Shown piece after piece: positions 23,219 through 24,000 of a DNA stretch of 24,000 nt. Under the pieces are notes generated by a model. The model was not told the DNA's origin. It ran no database searches and was given only the letters and a program-made list of their open reading frames with translations. Every line of letters begins with the position of its first letter. Positions within the stretch are counted from its first letter, which is position 1. Origin of the DNA: Candidatus Saccharimonadota bacterium (lineage in GTDB: Bacteria > Patescibacteriota > Saccharimonadia > Saccharimonadales > UBA10212); NCBI GenBank assembly GCA_028288985.1, contig JAQGHE010000007.1, forward strand, positions 1-24,000, given 5' to 3'. The position numbers were made by a program, and so were the translations under genes.

Positions 23219-24000
23219 ATAGCGGCAGATATTGTTCTTTTATTATATTTTCAAAGACAAAATTACCTTCGTATGTTTTACGTGCTGCCTTCCCGTATTT
23301 TTCCTTTAGGGTCTTGTCGGTGGCCAGTTTCTTCATTGCAGAGGCCAGTGCTCCCGAATTGCAGGCGGGAATTAGTATGCCGTTAATACCGTCTTTGACC
23401 AATTCCGGGTTGCCGCCTACGTTGCAGGCAATAATGGGCTTGCCCAGCATCGCGGCTTCTATCAGAGAAATGCTGAACCCTTCGAGGTAGCTTGGGTGTA
23501 CGAAAATGTCGGCTTTGGCTACTTGTTCGAGAGTATCTTCGGGGAAGCCTTTAAATTTGATGCCGCTATGACCTGCAGCTTGAGCTACAAATTTCTTTTC
23601 TTCCGGGCCTTCTCCAAAAAGCCATAACTCAGCTGGAAAATCCTGGTCAATCTGCTCAAACGCTTCAATCAATTCGCCTATACCCTTGGCAGTCACTAGC
23701 CTGGAGGTGGCGGCAAAAATTACTTTATTGCCGTCATGTTTCTTGTTCAGCAGTTCCGGCCTATCAAAAATGCCGTTATAGATGACTTTATATTTGTCGT
23801 CAGTCTTGACTCCGAGAGTCTCCTCAACCTGCCGCTTATCATTTTGGCTAGTAAGAATAATGGCGTAAGCTCCTCGGCTGCAGAGCTTTACTAACTTGCC
23901 AATCGGGTTTTTGTACCAAACTTTGTCATTTAGGTATACATATTTTAAATCAGCATGGTCGGACCATATAACGCGCTTGCCCAGTAGTTTGGCGGCGATG
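23211..24000 (-). CDS. GT4-family glycosyltransferase, 5' end outside the window
   Basis: SYLEGFSISLIEAAMLGKPIIACNVGGNPELV (E-x7-E). The ORF track starts it at a GTG (23696), but the frame stays open to the window edge (translation ...IAAKLLGKRVIWSDHADLKYVYLNDKVWYKNPIGKLVKLCSRGAYAIILTSQNDKRQVEETLGV...VIFAATSRLVTAKGIGEL). The gene therefore continues beyond 24000. Confidence 0.8.
   Translation of the reverse strand, partial: IAAKLLGKRVIWSDHADLKYVYLNDKVWYKNPIGKLVKLCSRGAYAIILTSQNDKRQVEETLGVKTDDKYKVIYNGIFDRPELLNKKHDGNKVIFAATSRLVTAKGIGELIEAFEQIDQDFPAELWLFGEGPEEKKFVAQAAGHSGIKFKGFPEDTLEQVAKADIFVHPSYLEGFSISLIEAAMLGKPIIACNVGGNPELVKDGINGILIPACNSGALASAMKKLATDKTLKEKYGKAARKTYEGNFVFENIIKEQYLPLYE

Noticed and set aside
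1-24000. Alternative genetic code (UGA recoding, as in some CPR lineages such as Gracilibacteria/Absconditabacteria)
   Set aside because: All conserved genes are intact under the standard code, and yidC terminates at a TGA (19152..19154) that overlaps the jag ATG.
1-24000. CRISPR arrays, tRNA/rRNA genes, insertion sequences, integrases, phage genes
   Set aside because: I found no regularly spaced direct repeats, no cloverleaf-like or rRNA-like segments in the short intergenic gaps, and no transposase- or integrase-like ORFs in any frame. The only mobile-looking element is the ~0.65 kb cassette, which lacks a mobility gene.

Overview
Dense bacterial chromosome segment using the standard genetic code (yidC ends in TGA). 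It contains the replication-origin neighbourhood recF<-dnaN<-dnaA | rpmH->rnpA->yidC->jag, with DnaA-box clusters on both sides of dnaA. To the right lie a compact metK controlled by a SAM-I riboswitch and three tandem GT4 glycosyltransferases, all on the minus strand. The left 13.4 kb is a plus-strand, partly translationally coupled operon that I read as a Gram-positive-type type IV secretion (T4SS)-like apparatus. Its genes are: a giant VirB6-like polytopic protein (5' end outside the window), an extended PrgI/VirB3-like protein, a stand-alone protein resembling a VirB4 N-terminal domain, a VirB4 ATPase (Walker A/B seen), a 1258-aa bitopic protein ending in a peptidase M15/VanY-like cell-wall hydrolase domain, a secreted SLT-like + CHAP hydrolase, and a small anchored protein. 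The most striking anomaly is a ~0.65 kb compositionally foreign, high-GC/high-GC3 cassette wedged between the two hydrolase genes. It encodes a small secreted protein and carries its own GC-rich hairpin plus an intrinsic terminator. The gene style (small Gram-positive-type YidC, short MetK, long disordered low-complexity extensions, T4SS-like genes) suggests a reduced-genome Patescibacteria/CPR, Saccharibacteria-like organism, but that is inference. I recognised no rRNA, tRNA, CRISPR array, transposase or integrase.
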